A stretch of DNA of 36,301 nt from Seison nebaliae. Its lineage: Eukaryota. Position numbers and translations under genes: made by a program. Shown piece after piece: positions 10,364-23,619 of this stretch (position 1 is the stretch's first letter; each line of letters begins with the position of its first letter). The stretch is from positions 1-36,301 of the forward strand of contig JALJEE010000325.1 of assembly GCA_023231475.1 (NCBI GenBank), read 5' to 3'. A model generated the notes under the pieces. That model was not told where the DNA came from. It ran no database searches and saw only the letters and a program-made list of their open reading frames with translations.

Positions 10364-13087
10364 ATGATAACAACTTCATCTATCTCATCTTCATTATCGT
10401 CAATTGATGATAATCGATCATCATGTAATTTAATTTTATCATCATCATCGTCGTCGTCGTTATCTTCATCATCATCATCATCATCATTATTATGTCCTAC
10501 ACCAAAATCATCATCTTCTACATCATCACCAGCAACAACAACAGTGACAACAACAACAACATCGATATCACAAACGGATATTCCAATGAATAATAAGAAG
10601 AAATCTCATGAAACTTTTCAATTATATCCATTCATTCATCAAGTTGGAGGACATACGAGTGTGTTCATGTATGATGAGAAGACGATTTGTAAACCGTTGA
10701 ATGATCGGGAATGTCTCCTTTATAACGATTTGCCATCATCTTTATCGAAATATGTGCCACGATATAAAGGCGAGACAAATGTCCATTGGTTCGAAGATGA
10801 TAATTTTGTTTATTTATTGGGAGGATTAAATGGAAAGACAGATGAATCAATACAACAATTATTGAATGAATTAAATGATAAGAAAGGACGACGATTAACG
10901 TTGAAATTGAGAAGATCATTATCAGGAAATGTTGATGGTTTTGTATTGAGTGGAAAGACGGAATATATTTATGAATCTCTTATTTATCCCCAATCATCAT
11001 CATCGACTACTCCATTAACATTGACACCGTCAACGATGAGTGATACAAATTCCAATTCATCTTTGTCATCATCATCATCATCGTCATCATCATCATCATC
11101 ATATTCACCTGTGACATCCAATACGAGAAAGCGAACATTAAACAATCAGTTTAATTCCCATCAGAACTATCATCAAAAATATCATCATATTAATCATAAC
11201 AATCAAATTCTGACAACGACATCTACACTTCATTATTCGGATGGCACCACAAGTTCCAATGAGAATAATTTGACCAATTTCCACAAAGATTCATCCAACC
11301 AAAAATTTATGAGTTCTCTCTCACAAGACATGAAACGTCGTCGTACAACATCGTTGAATCCATGGTGTTCATTGGTGACGATTTGTTGGATGTCTAAAAC
11401 GCGATTACAATTGTTACGTGGTTCGAGTAATCGAAAGAAATTTATGAAACGTGTTTCATATTGTCCACAAACTTCGAAATTTAGAGGAGGAATGACCAAT
11501 TCGATGAATGGGAAACAATTGAAAAGGAATCGTATTAGGAGATCAATTTCATTTTCTCCTTCATCTAATTCAGATGATTTTCCATTGAAATCATCGAGAT
11601 GTCTAGTCCAAATGATTTGTAAGGAATCGATTATTGATGAGATGATCAATAATCGATATAAAAAATTGGAGCATGAACATTTGCATAAGAATCGGAAGGA
11701 GAATATCGAACGACGATCTACACTCGTCTTCCTTCAAAATTGTCAACGTTATATGATGAGAAAATATATGATAAAGAATCATCATAAAATCAACAACAAC
11801 AAGAGTGTGAATAATGATAATGATAATGGTTCGATGGAGAATTCGAAGGAGAATATATCGAAGAAATTAGAAGAAGATGATAATGTAGTAAAATTGGTTG
11901 GATGTCAGAAATTTATGTTGATGGAGAATGTGGTAGCATATTATAAGCGTCCATGTATTCTTGATTTGAAAATGGGAACGAAACATTATGGAGATGATGC
12001 GACAAAAAGGAAGCGTGAATCACAATCACAGAAAGCGGCAATATCCACATCAGCACGTTTAGGTGTACGTGTATGTGGAATGCAAGTTTATCAAAATGAC
12101 AGAAATTTATTTTTATGTCTTGATAAATATCAGGGACTCTCATTATCTATTGAAGGTTTCCGTCACAATCTCTTACAATTTCTTCATGATGGTTATCGAA
12201 TCCGTTTAAGTATTATCCCAATACTGTTGGAGAAATTGTCTCAATTGTATTTGTTGATACATTCGTTAGATACGTGGCGATTCTATTCGGGTTCCATTCT
12301 CTTAGTTTATGACGGTCATCCTGACAAGATTAGTGAAGAGATGAAGAAACGATTTTCATCATCCGATAATTATTTGTTAAAGAATGCTTTGAATTCTTTA
12401 AAGAAATATTTCCAAACTAAATTTACCGACAATCTTCATTATACAACTAATACTCAATATCTCATTTATAAGAAATTATGTCTTCTCTTCAAATGTCGAA
12501 GTGATGGCAATTTTAATCAGATATCTCAGGAACAACTCAAACATTTCTCTCAGAATGATTCATCGACATTCGATCAATTACTCGGTAAATCATTCAAATA
12601 TTATTTGAAGAAATCGCTCGTACTTCTTCCTTCGCCTTCATCTTCTGCCACTTCATCCAATAATTCGTGGCCGGTAGCGGATGTTCGAATGATCGATTTC
12701 GCACATTCAACTCATAAGAATATGAATAAATTGAAAGAACACAAAGGACCAGACAAAGGTTATTTAACTGGACTGGCCAATTTGATTCGAATGTTATTCG
12801 AGATACTCATCGAATACTCTCCTACTTTACCAAAGTCATTTTTCTCACCATCATCACGATCAAATGACAACGATACGGAAACGTCGAATTCGTCAACTCT
12901 CCAATCATCATCGTCGTCGCATCATGACACGAAAATCAATGACGATGATATTAGTGACGGTCCGAACGTCATTTATGTGGAGGATGTGGAAGCTAAATTA
13001 CCAGATGCACCTAATCGCGTACCTCATCGTTTACCTAATAAACCATCTGATATCACATGTATGGATGCATTCCGTTCACATCATTGA
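10364..13087 (+). CDS. IP6K: Inositol hexakisphosphate kinase (IP6K family), 907 aa, apparently one coding exon
   Basis: Motifs [27 protein letters not shown] (PxxxDxKxG), [23 protein letters not shown] and VRMIDFAH are characteristic of metazoan IP6Ks. Long S/T/N-rich insertions separate them. Confidence 0.93.
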   Translation: MITTSSISSSLSSIDDNRSSCNLILSSSSSSSLSSSSSSSSLLCPTPKSSSSTSSPATTTVTTTTTSISQTDIPMNNKKKSHETFQLYPFIHQVGGHTSVFMYDEKTICKPLNDRECLLYNDLPSSLSKYVPRYKGETNVHWFEDDNFVYLLGGLNGKTDESIQQLLNELNDKKGRRLTLKLRRSLSGNVDGFVLSGKTEYIYESLIYPQSSSSTTPLTLTPSTMSDTNSNSSLSSSSSSSSSSSSYSPVTSNTRKRTLNNQFNSHQNYHQKYHHINHNNQILTTTSTLHYSDGTTSSNENNLTNFHKDSSNQKFMSSLSQDMKRRRTTSLNPWCSLVTICWMSKTRLQLLRGSSNRKKFMKRVSYCPQTSKFRGGMTNSMNGKQLKRNRIRRSISFSPSSNSDDFPLKSSRCLVQMICKESIIDEMINNRYKKLEHEHLHKNRKENIERRSTLVFLQNCQRYMMRKYMIKNHHKINNNKSVNNDNDNGSMENSKENISKKLEEDDNVVKLVGCQKFMLMENVVAYYKRPCILDLKMGTKHYGDDATKRKRESQSQKAAISTSARLGVRVCGMQVYQNDRNLFLCLDKYQGLSLSIEGFRHNLLQFLHDGYRIRLSIIPILLEKLSQLYLLIHSLDTWRFYSGSILLVYDGHPDKISEEMKKRFSSSDNYLLKNALNSLKKYFQTKFTDNLHYTTNTQYLIYKKLCLLFKCRSDGNFNQISQEQLKHFSQNDSSTFDQLLGKSFKYYLKKSLVLLPSPSSSATSSNNSWPVADVRMIDFAHSTHKNMNKLKEHKGPDKGYLTGLANLIRMLFEILIEYSPTLPKSFFSPSSRSNDNDTETSNSSTLQSSSSSHHDTKINDDDISDGPNVIYVEDVEAKLPDAPNRVPHRLPNKPSDITCMDAFRSHH

Positions 13088-13189
13088 CACCATCAATCAT
13101 TTATATTTTATATTTTTAATTCAATTTTCAGATTCGTTTCTAAACCAACTCCAATAAATACTTTTTCTATTTTCTATTTCATTCATTTC

Positions 13190-13360
13190 CGCGCGCGTAC
13201 ACACATACACACACACACACACAAAACTTTCTTATACTATTCTTATATTCATATACGTATATACCATATTTATATTATTTATACTTATAACATATATTTT
13301 TATTCACACACACACACATACACACACAAATACACACAAATACACACAAATACACACACA

Positions 13361-13392
<32 letters not shown>
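13190..13392. repeat. Compound microsatellite: (CG)n, (CA)n, TACACACAAA repeats and (TA)n
   Basis: Directly visible runs 3' of IP6K. Confidence 0.9.
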
Positions 13393-16032
13393 CGCATACA
13401 TAACAATACATTATGCATCTTTATAGTTTCCTTTTCTATTAGTCTTTTTTTTTCTTTTTATAAATTCTCATTTAAAATCTTTTAAAAATTTATTCCTTTC
13501 TTATCTCCTCTTATTATCCGACAAACTAACTACTCATACTAGTTACGACACAACGTAATCTTCATTTTTACAGTTCTTTTAATAGAAATCAGATAATTGA
13601 ACAATCAATTTCTTTCATTCGTTTTTTCATTCTCCCACATCCCCTCCCCATCTTCACGGGACACATGGACGATCTGTGTAATGGTGGAATATGATCTCCC
13701 TTTGAATTATCTGATTTCTATCATTTTTTTCGCTTCCTTTTTTTCTTCTCGTCGTTAAAACTCTAGTAACTCGACTAACAACCGAAGATTAATCTATGGA
13801 AATTTTATTGTTTTTCTTTTTATTTCGAGAAATATTTTAAATATTCGATCCATTCTCTCATTCCACATTCTCATTTTTTTCCGCTGGTTCTTTCTCTTCC
13901 ATTTATTTTTTATACTGTCGTTGCACAAAACTTTTTTTCTCTCCCCTCTCTCTCTCTCTCTCTCTCTCTTCCTGTCTATGATTCGATTATAAATTCTTTT
14001 GAAAAAAAAAAGAAATTCTCATTAAAATAAAGTTGAAATTAGGTGAAATTTATTATTCCAATTTACATTCTGTAACTCAATTTCAATTTTGTATACATTC
14101 ATCAGTAGTGGAAGAGGAAGAGATGACGATTATAAAAATTCTTGAACATATAGATCGATTACTTTGTGAGTTTTTGTAGAAAATAAATAAATTTGAGCAC
14201 CTGTCAACTTGGTGACATGTCGATCTTCTCGGCAGGTGATGATGATCTTATGAAACAGATGTCTTTCGAAACGCTTCTCAAATCGTTTAATTTGTCGTGA
14301 AGATGAGAGAAGTTCCTTTTCCAGTCAATCCTTCTTCGAATTTGATCCAATCTCCATTGATGTTCCAAGAGAATTTTAATCGCGCCTTCCCATTAACATT
14401 CCAATATTTGACATGATTCTTTCTGTTTGTTTTCACTGAATCTTTTTTATTTTATTCCATTCTAATTTGCTTCCATCGATCGAGATATTGATATTGAAAA
14501 TCTTCGTAACTACTTTCTTCATCGAAAATGAGATGGAAATGAGAAAGAACACTGTTCATCACAAATGGAAATCGAATGAATTTGATACGAAGATGAAACG
14601 TTATGATATATTCGCATATCACATTTCAGTCTAAACAATACTTAATTTCATTTATCTTTTAATCATTTATCATCATCCTCCTCACTCCCTATCAATTCAC
14701 TTCCACTTCTCTTCTCCTTGTTATTGTTGTTCGTTCCTTTTAATTAGTTCGTCATCATTTTCCCCATCTTACCATATTCCAGTTGTTAATTCTATCCCAG
14801 ATTTATATTATTTCTCTTTTTCGTCGATGATGACCATTTGTTGAACTCTTATAATTCATCAATTATATTTTCATATTAAGAAGACTACTAATTGTTTCGA
14901 TGGAAGAACAACCTAATACAGAGATCAGTCCTCTTTTACCTCGACTCACTTTCTTCACTTGTTTTCCGATACATCTTTTCCACTTCTTTTCTTCTCACTC
15001 AAATTCTCAATTCTTTTCGTCTATTCTATCGATTGTCTGTACAAATCGTGGAGTTCAAGTTGAAGGAGTAGGTGAAAAATGATGAGTCATGACATTCCTC
15101 ATTTGAGATTGGGAGGAGAAAAAGAAGATTTAGTTAAAAGAATAATCATCTTTAATAATTTGTAATAATGAGAAAATGAATGATTTGGATAAAACAATAG
15201 TTTTAAAAGGAAAATTGTGAACTAAAAAACAATAGGATATGTTAAGATTACATGAGAATAATCGATGGAGATAAGAATATAATATCCTAAAAGTTAATCC
15301 GAATCCTGTCTCTATTATTTATGGAAATATGAGTGTCATTCATCGACAATTTAATAATAAAATTTTCAAATAGTTTTCTCCTCTCATTTTCTTCACATGC
15401 CAATCTGATCCATAAACTATTAATGGTTTTCGTGATCCCTTCCTGATGAACATAATATGAAGTGGATGAATAATCGTTTCCTTTTTTTTTATTCGATGTA
15501 AATCTTTTATTTTCATAGTTTAGTTACTCATTGAATCAAATGCCACAAGCATCCATTTACTGTGTCGAAAAGAAGGAAAAGAAGATTATTCGGTTTTATT
15601 ATTGACGAATAGATCTCACATAAACCGACAAGTATTCATTCGATCTTTTCTCGTTAATAGACAGGCGAATAAAGAAATACAATTGATCTTTATCATCATT
15701 AATATGAAGTGCACATTGTTTGCATTTGAATAGAGATTCGAAAAGATAATAATTCCATTTTTTTATAGAATTGTTTTTACTTCTAATTGTTCCATTCTCT
15801 CCTTACTCCCTTCCAACTATCTCTTTCGAAAGTTTTTGTAAGAATTTCTATAGTTCAACATTTCCTTTTCTTTGATACTATTCTTCATATTCCTTTTCAT
15901 ACCGAAACTAATTCTCTTGCTACTAAATCAATTCTCCTAATCTTTCTCATATGTCAACGAAAGAATTTTATGAAAAATAAATTTTCTATCTTCTCTATAG
16001 TCTCCCACTTAGAATAATAAACCAATCAAAAT

Positions 16033-17068
16033 ATGAGTCAACCATCATCCGATCGATCAAGAAAACGAAACTTGTATGCCAGATGTGATCAGACCACATC
16101 TCCCTGCATCAATGACGAGGAAGAAGATTGTCGAAATATCATTTCCAGTACACCAATCGATACATCGGATGTTCAAACAACTTCTTCAACACTTCAATCA
16201 ATTTTACGTGATCGAATTCCACCTCGCACACCCAAATGTGCTCGATGTCGTAATCATGGTGTTGTATCTGCATTGAAAGGTCATAAACGATTTTGCAAAT
16301 GGCGTGATTGTAACTGTGCCAAATGTACATTGATTGCCGAACGACAACGTGTCATGGCTGCACAAGTAGCATTACGTCGACAACAAGCTCAAGAGGAAAC
16401 AGAAATTCGAGAAATTAGTAAAATTCTTGGGACTCCCGCCGAATTGGTTCTCTCATTACAACGGACCATTGGCAATGATAATTTACCTACATCTCAATCA
16501 CCTTCTGATCAGACATTCAACGAAGAACAGAGTAACATACCGAGTGATGATGAATGCCAGGAACAATATTCTCCTGATACACCATCATCATCATCTAACG
16601 GCTTTTCCAGTAATTCACCAGAATATTCCGCTGAAATTAATTCGAATTTACATTCCGGTTAATATTCTCCAATTAAATTATCTTCCTCTTTTTAATTTGT
16701 TTGTTTTTTGTTTGTTTGTAGCAATGACGAAACTCTTCCCTCAATATGATAATCAATTCCTCTTGCAATTTATTCGCCGTTCAAATGGACAATTATTAGA
16801 CACGTTGAGGAACATGTGCACAATTCAGAAGCAGAACGAAATGAATGACAATCAACCGTCTGATATTAAGCGGAGAAATTGTGCATCGTCAGAAACCCAA
16901 TTCATCAATAACATTCTTCACATAATGTCCAACTGGCCAGGAAACAATAATTTCGATTTGCTCCAAACTACTTTAACCACGTCAGATATGGAGAATAAAT
17001 CGGAGAATAACAAGAGCAAATTTGACAACAAGTTCTCAATTGAATCCTTATCGAACAATGATAAATAA
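16033..17068 (+). CDS. DMRTA: DM-domain transcription factor, DmrtA (Dmrt4/5, Dmrt99B) class, ~323 aa, 2 exons (16033-16657, 16722-17068)
   Basis: [58 protein letters not shown] matches the DmrtA/99B DM domain. After the intron at 16658-16721, [29 protein letters not shown] resembles a DMA (CUE-like) domain. Confidence 0.93.
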
Positions 17069-17230
17069 ATCATAATAATTTAGAAGTTGATTAATACATT
17101 TACAAACTCCATCTTCCTATATTTCTGAAATAATAAACTTTTCATGTTTCTTTTTCTTTCATTCATTTATATCCACTTTTCAACAACTTTACTAATAGTT
17201 TATAGTATTGCTAGTATTTTTTTTTAAATA

Positions 17231-17415
17231 TGAAAAAACTACTTTTAAATTTTTGTACATATACATACATATTTGTACTTCAAATCCTTCCGAATGATCA
17301 TGCAAATTACCTTAGAAAATTGTTATAGTTAACATATAAAAAATCACTATTTTAAGCTGGGAATTTTTTGTTTCCCATTTTGCCCCTGATTCCCACATTA
17401 CCCCAATTGACGGTA
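17231..17415. mobile_element. Solo terminal repeat of the same pogo-like family as 17796-18760
   Basis: Inverted copy of 17796-17957 and direct copy of 18631-18760 (GTTAACATATAAA, CATTTTGCCCCTGAT), ending ...TGACGG|TA. Confidence 0.75.
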
Positions 17416-17795
17416 TTAAATAAAAAATGAAATGATAAAACGATAAAATATGATAAAAAGGAAAAAAGTTCCGAAAACGAGAAACGATTCTCTAATAAGG
17501 TAATTCTGTAATAATATTCGTTTTTGTGTGTAATTATCCATATGGACAATTTTTTCAGCTCTAATATAATGATGCTCTGCAAATGTTAAACTAGTAGTAA
17601 ACTTTTTTTTCTCATAATTTCCCATCACAATATACTGAAAAAAGCGTATAATAAAAATTATTAGACTGTTATCGTCCATTTTCTCGAATCCTTATGTTCT
17701 CGATCAGCGCGCTTCCTCCTCTTCCTCTATTGTTAGGCAACAGATTTATTGCTTTCATCCAAAACATAAAATTGTCCGATTTCCGATCTCCTACC

Positions 17796-18760
17796 TACCG
17801 TCATCAGGGGCAAAATGGAAAACGAAAAATCTCAAGCTGAAAATGATGATTGTTTATATGTTAACTCGTATACATGTAACAATTTTTAACGGCAATTTAA
17901 ATGATCATTTGCAAATATTTGAAGTACCTATATAAATTTTAAAAGGTTGTTTTATCATCACAACAACAATTTGTCTTGCTATCTTTGTCTGATATAAAAC
18001 CATTAATGGAAAAGCTAAACTTTTTCGAAAAAAATCTTGGTTAAGAATGCTCAGTAGTTTTCACTATGAATTTATTTTTTTGCACTACCTTGTCGCCGAT
18101 ATGTTTTTAAACTTCTTTGCCGCTTTTCATAATTATTAGTCTTATATTAGTTGAGATACTGATGAAGATACTGAGATACGTAATCAATAGAGTAATATGG
18201 GAAATTTTCTTTACTACAAATTAAATCATGGAACGATCAAAAATTAAATGTTATTCATCGTCCTAATTGAAATCAAGCAGAGTAACTTCTTTTCCTGGTT
18301 CTTTGGTGATTCTTTTTCTTTTCTTCAGTGTTGAATTTTCTTTATTCATGTCCTGAAAGAAACTCTTTTACTGAATCCGCAATTAAAAAATAATCTTCAG
18401 TTTCCGTCGGAAATTTATTCATCTCAACCTTTTTATCCAAAGTGGAAATATTCCAATTGTCTTCCAATTCATACCCAATGTAGGGGTTTTCCAACATTTT
18501 TTTGATTGCAAAATGTTGAATTTAATAATATTCCATGAGTCTTTTATGCTCTTAGAAACTGCCACATCTACCGTTTGAAGAAGATGAATAAATTTCCGAC
18601 TAAAACTTAAAATTATTCTTTAATTGCGGATATTTCCAAATCATCATTCAAGTTGCCGTTAAAAATTGTTAGACTTAACATATAAACAATCACCATTTTC
18701 AGCTTGAAAATTTTCATTTCTCATTTGACCCAGACTCTCACATTGCCCCAGATGACAGTA
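17796..18760. mobile_element. Decayed pogo-like (Tc1/mariner superfamily) DNA transposon with ~130-bp TIRs
   Basis: Starts TA|CCGTCATCAGGGGCAAAATGG and ends ...CATTGCCCCAGATGACAG|TA. Internal DDE_1-like peptides are NFFSWF (+, ~18283-18300), and IHLLQTVDVAVSKSIKDSW and KTIGIFPL (-, ~18440-18590), matching the pogo HxLQPLDV and TGIxP motifs. Confidence 0.75.
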
Positions 18761-19145
18761 CGAACAATATCAACAGTTCACTACTCCTATCATTTGTTTC
18801 TCTAATTATTACGATATTCCACTGCCTAACACCGAGGAAGAAGCTGAATCCTTAATATCTAACTTTTCGATCGACAACCATGTTCCCGATATCAAGTAGA
18901 ATCGATTAATAGTCGTTATTCGATTAGTCTAGTAGGACCTAATGAATAAGAATAATAGTAGCAAGTCTTATTTTCTCTAAACATTGTCATTTTATCTACT
19001 GCTGCTGAAATTCGAGTAGAAAATTAACTTCATTAGAAACATGTTCCGGAACAAAATAGGGACATTGTTAGGAACAGCATGGATCATAACAAATAACCAG
19101 GTATCATAATTTTGACCCGGAAACATTAAATTTTCTTCCCGTTCC

Positions 19146-19351
19146 TTTTTATCCTTAGTCGAAGTATTACACCAGAATTTTGGCCTTTTTCTATTCCGTA
19201 TGTAGATGTAGGTATGTATTTTCTATATACAATTCTGTATAAAAAATTATTAAATATATATAGAATTGTAGATAAAAAATACATATCTACATCTACATAT
19301 AGAGTAAAAAAGGCCAAAAACCGGCTGTAATACTTCGACTAAGGATAAAAA
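19146..19351. repeat. ~205-bp fold-back palindrome (MITE- or Helentron-like)
   Basis: Arms 19146-19241 and 19257-19351. The outer 26 bp (TTTTTATCCTTAGTCGAAGTATTACA) are perfectly inverted, around a 15-nt AT loop. Confidence 0.9.
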
Positions 19352-19499
19352 AATTTACACATCTCTTTAGGTTTATTTTTCCTATCTCCATGATTTTTTT
19401 GGAGTCAAACGGCGGATGCGAACGCGTACCATTCCCTTGTTAGTTATTTTTAAAATTTATTGACGTAAAATAGGATTTTCGATAATGAAAAATAGAGAA

Positions 19500-19695
19500 A
19501 AATGAAGTTTGTTAATTAATCGATTATTTGAGGACGATTTTTAAACTTATTTTTCTCGAAGTTAGAACTATTGGAAAGAGCTTCAATTGGGCTATCTAAC
19601 AGTATGCTCCTTTAAGCATATAATGCTATTTGAAGAAAGTTATGAGCATTTAAAATATATCGAATTTTGTCCAATTACTTTTGAATACAGCTGTA
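19500..19695. mobile_element. Solo Tc1-like terminal inverted repeat or MITE end
   Basis: The minus strand from 19695 reads TA|CAGCTGTATTCAAAAGTAATTGGAC, resembling Tc1-type ends (TA-CAG...CAAAAGTATTTGGAC). No partner end was found and the left boundary is approximate. Confidence 0.5.
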
Positions 19696-20059
19696 TAATG
19701 ATAGTAGAGAAAATTGTTTTTATGAATATTTACAGGAAAAAATTTGAAATTTTATTATGGTAAAATGAAAGTAATGAATTCGTGGCATCATCGGAGGGAG
19801 AATTAATTGAGAATTAAGGAGGGCTTACTGTTAGTCTTAATTGATGACGATTGCTAAATATCCCAATATGTCGTTCCTAAATAATTATTTTCTAGTTGTT
19901 TTAGAGACATATAAGAATATGAAGAAATTTGATCGTTGGAGTTTAAGAAATGTATTCGATTTGAAATGTTAGTTGAGAAACTCACGTGTAAGGAGGGAGA
20001 GGACGTTAATTAGCAAAGTGTTTGTATACTTAAGAGAGTTGGTTAGCGCACTTTCGGAT

Positions 20060-21110
20060 ATGAATGAAAAAAAGATATTTATCAATTTTGCAACAAGTGC
20101 CGCGAATAATCGAATAATATATATGGATCATCGAGAATTGTGTGAACAAATGTTCCAAATTTTACCGGCAATGACCGAGTGTATAATGGAGAAAGATGTT
20201 ATGATAAAATTCATAGAATTCATCATTTATAATCTACATCGAATGGATGACCGAGATGAGACGGCTTGTCTCGAATATTTAGTTCGAATTCTCACACCTC
20301 AACTCATCGGTCAAGTGGACGTTGAGCAAAGTATAAAAATTCTACTTATCAAATACATTTCCGCTGCGAATAAAGTGGACAAATATGACCGATCAGTATT
20401 GTTGACATTGCGATGTGATTTCGCTGCCAACTTATTGGCGATGTTACCAGAATTAATCGAATCGACGAACAAACTGATAAATATCCGTCATCTCCTCGAA
20501 ACGTTGTATGTGGTGGAAGAAACGACAATGCCATTCGCCTCACTTCTTTGCAGTTATTCGAAGAATGAGGAATGTGCCAAAATTATTTGTCGATATCTAC
20601 CGGAAAAGAAGTTGATTTCTTGGTTGAATAAGATCGATAATGAAATTGTCTTTTCTGGAATTTTTGGAATGTTGAGAAATTTATCATTTTTTCCAAGTTT
20701 TTTTTTTTTTAATTCTCTAAAAAATTCTTCAATTATTAGTGTCTCATTCTCGACTTTTACAATTGGTACGACCAATTATATTCGAATTGGCGGAAGAGTA
20801 CAAGATGGACTTGGAAGAATTGACGACATGGACGATGGACGGTCGAATGGAGAAAGTTCGATTGAAATGTAAATTCGATTGGAAAATTTTTATTTTCGAT
20901 TTATTGTCACAAATCAGTTCGACTGGCGCTTGTCGCAAATTGATGAGAGACGTCTCACTCTACCAATTAGCACGACAAGTCGATATGGAAAATACTGACG
21001 AAGCATTAAAGGAATCCGTTCAACGATTAATTGCCATTCTCATCAGTGAAGAGAAAGACGACACGCTCAATTATCATGAAGTGTCATTGAAGCCGAACGA
21101 AAAAATTTGA
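20060..21110 (+). CDS. HGH1: HGH1 homolog (eEF2 chaperone, armadillo-like), ~335 aa, 2 exons (20060-20696, 20740-21110)
   Basis: GIFGMLRNLSF..SHSRLL and SSTGACRKLMRDVSLYQLARQVDMENTDEALKESVQRLIAILISEE resemble the HGH1 GTLRNCCF and C-terminal motifs. The intron at 20697-20739 joins the two ORFs. The first in-frame ATG is at 20060. Confidence 0.75.
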
Positions 21111-21150
21111 ATAAATTTAATCTTGTCATGACAACAACAAATTAAGTATT

Positions 21151-21166
21151 AGTTGTCATGACAACT
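21151..21166. promoter_or_regulatory. Perfect 16-bp palindrome matching the RFX X-box, with a near copy at 21122-21135
   Basis: AGTTGTCATGACAACT, plus CTTGTCATGACAAC 30 bp upstream. Confidence 0.4.
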
Positions 21167-21681
21167 GCAAACAAAACAAGAATATGTACATGTCTTAATG
21201 GAGACGAATTGAACAGAATAATATTTTTATTTCCACCCTGATACCGGACGTAATTGGTGTCGATATTTTTTGAAAGTCAATAAAAATTTTATTTAAAATA
21301 TTTCCATTCTTTCTAATTCGCGAAATAATCATTGTGAGAGACGAAATAATTGTTCTTTTTCGTTTGTTGTTGAAAAAAAAAAAAGGATATATATAAAAAA
21401 AAGAAGAATAATAATATTTGTCCCATTAGGAGAAAAAAGATGGAGAGTGAACGAGAATGATGGAATAGAAAATGAAAGTTGTTTGGAAAGAAAAAAGTTC
21501 CTCTGTAAAATGAATTTGTTTCGGACAAATTATAGATGATAGAGTTGATGATACACACCGATGGGAATTTAGGAGTAGATGTACAAATTGGCGTTTATAA
21601 GAAAAATAAAATACCATTTGAAAAAAGAAAAAAACGGAAATAAAATCTACAAATTTAAAAGTAACACAAAAAGTAAAATAA

Positions 21682-22164
21682 TTAAATGAATTGATCTTTC
21701 TTCTTCGGTTTGATGACGACACGCGGAATTTTAATATTCTCTTCTCCTTCTTCTACTTCTTTCAATTCGTCCGCTGTCAAATTGAAATGTAATGGCAAAA
21801 GATGTTTCTCATGTTGCACTGCCAATTTCTGCACATTCAATGACTGTGGATGTTGTTGTTTCTTTTTCAATGTTCTCCTTCCCACACAGTCGCTATTTGG
21901 CGATAAATTAGATGGGGCATTATTAACATTGAGAATGGGACGAAGATAATTGATAATATTCTTATTCACTTCATTCACATCTCTCTCATATTTCCGTTTT
22001 CTATTTCGTTTATCGATTTTCTCTTCCAAACATTCTTTCTTCGTCATATGTTTCATATATTCATTCGCATCCACAAATTTCTTTCGATCATTCTCCATCG
22101 AACATCGTTTCAATGGAATCACTTCACCATCTTCAATTTCGTCATCATCTTCCTCCGAATTCCA

Positions 22165-22205
<41 letters not shown>

Positions 22206-23579
22206 TCTCAATTTTATTTGGAGTGGTCGAATTATTTGAAAAATTAACTCCAAATAATTTTTTGTAATTATTTTCATCCTCATGATCATCTTCATCATCA
22301 TCATCTTCTTCTTCTTCTTCTATCACATTTTCAATTTCTTCTTCTTCACTTTCACTCTCCGAATTATTCGTATAATTCTCATCTTGACGAATGAGACGTC
22401 TCAATAATTGTTCGGTCATTCGTTTCGGTTTTAATGATTTTTCATTATCTCCTGAATCATTCGATTTATTTCCATCATTCTTTACCGTCTCGACGGTTTT
22501 ATTTGGAGTTGGACGATTCGTCTCGAAATATGGCGTCAATAATTGAGCGACGGCCATGACAAGATTGCCCACCGTTTCTTGTGGTTGAACGAGATCATTT
22601 TTCGATAAATTTCTTTTTCCAATTTTCGTCGTCGACGATGAATTTTTTTGGACGACGATCGATCTCTTCGTTTTTCCCCGTTTATTTTTCTGAAATATAT
22701 CATCTTTTTTGATGGTTGGACTGATGGTGGTGGTGGTGGTATTGGTGATGGTTTGTTCATCTTCTTTTTTCATCGATTTATTTTCCACATCTTTCTTTTT
22801 AGAATTTGAAATTGAATTTGAATTTAAATTTAAATTTGTTGGATTCATCCAACTATTTGAATATAAAATATCGAACGGTGAAGTTTTCCTCAAAGTTTGA
22901 AGAAGATTTTGACGTGATTCATCATTGATCGTCCAAAGTGAACCACGTCCTTTACCCACCTTTCTCACGAAACATTTGTTGAGACTGAGATTATGTCGAA
23001 CGGAATTCTTCCACGAATTATCTCGTTTGGCATAATATGGAAATCTCATTCGAATCCATTCATAAATATTTTTGACTGGTAATCGTTTTTCTTTCGATTC
23101 TTCGATCGCCATAAAAATGAGAGAAGAAAAAGAGAATGGTGGTTTAATATCCGAATGCATTAACGGATCATAAAGACTTGCGTCCTCTACTCCATTTTCC
23201 ATTTTGGCCGTTTTGAGATGAATGAAATTTTTCGATTTTCTCGAATGTTTCCGAGTGGGCATTGGCAGACAAATATTCTCTGACATATCATCCTCATATT
23301 CCATCAATTCCATCTTCATTTTATGCGAATCGTTCATTGAAGAAATGTTGAGATTTGACAAGAATTTCGATGGAACATTCCGATCACTACCACCATCAAT
23401 GATGATTCCATGATTATTTAAAAGATGTCGTTTCGTCTCACTGTTGGTACAATTGAGTGGTATTTCAGATCGATTGGCATTCGTCGAAAAAATGGAAATG
23501 GCACGTGGCGAATAATCCGCCACATCTCCACAATTTCCTGTCGAATTCATCAATCGAACATCCGATTTCTCTTTTAAAA

Positions 23580-23619
<40 letters not shown>

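Noticed and set aside
19973..20059. TTG-started N-terminal extension of HGH1
   Set aside because: Artefact of allowing bacterial start codons; the first ATG is at 20060.
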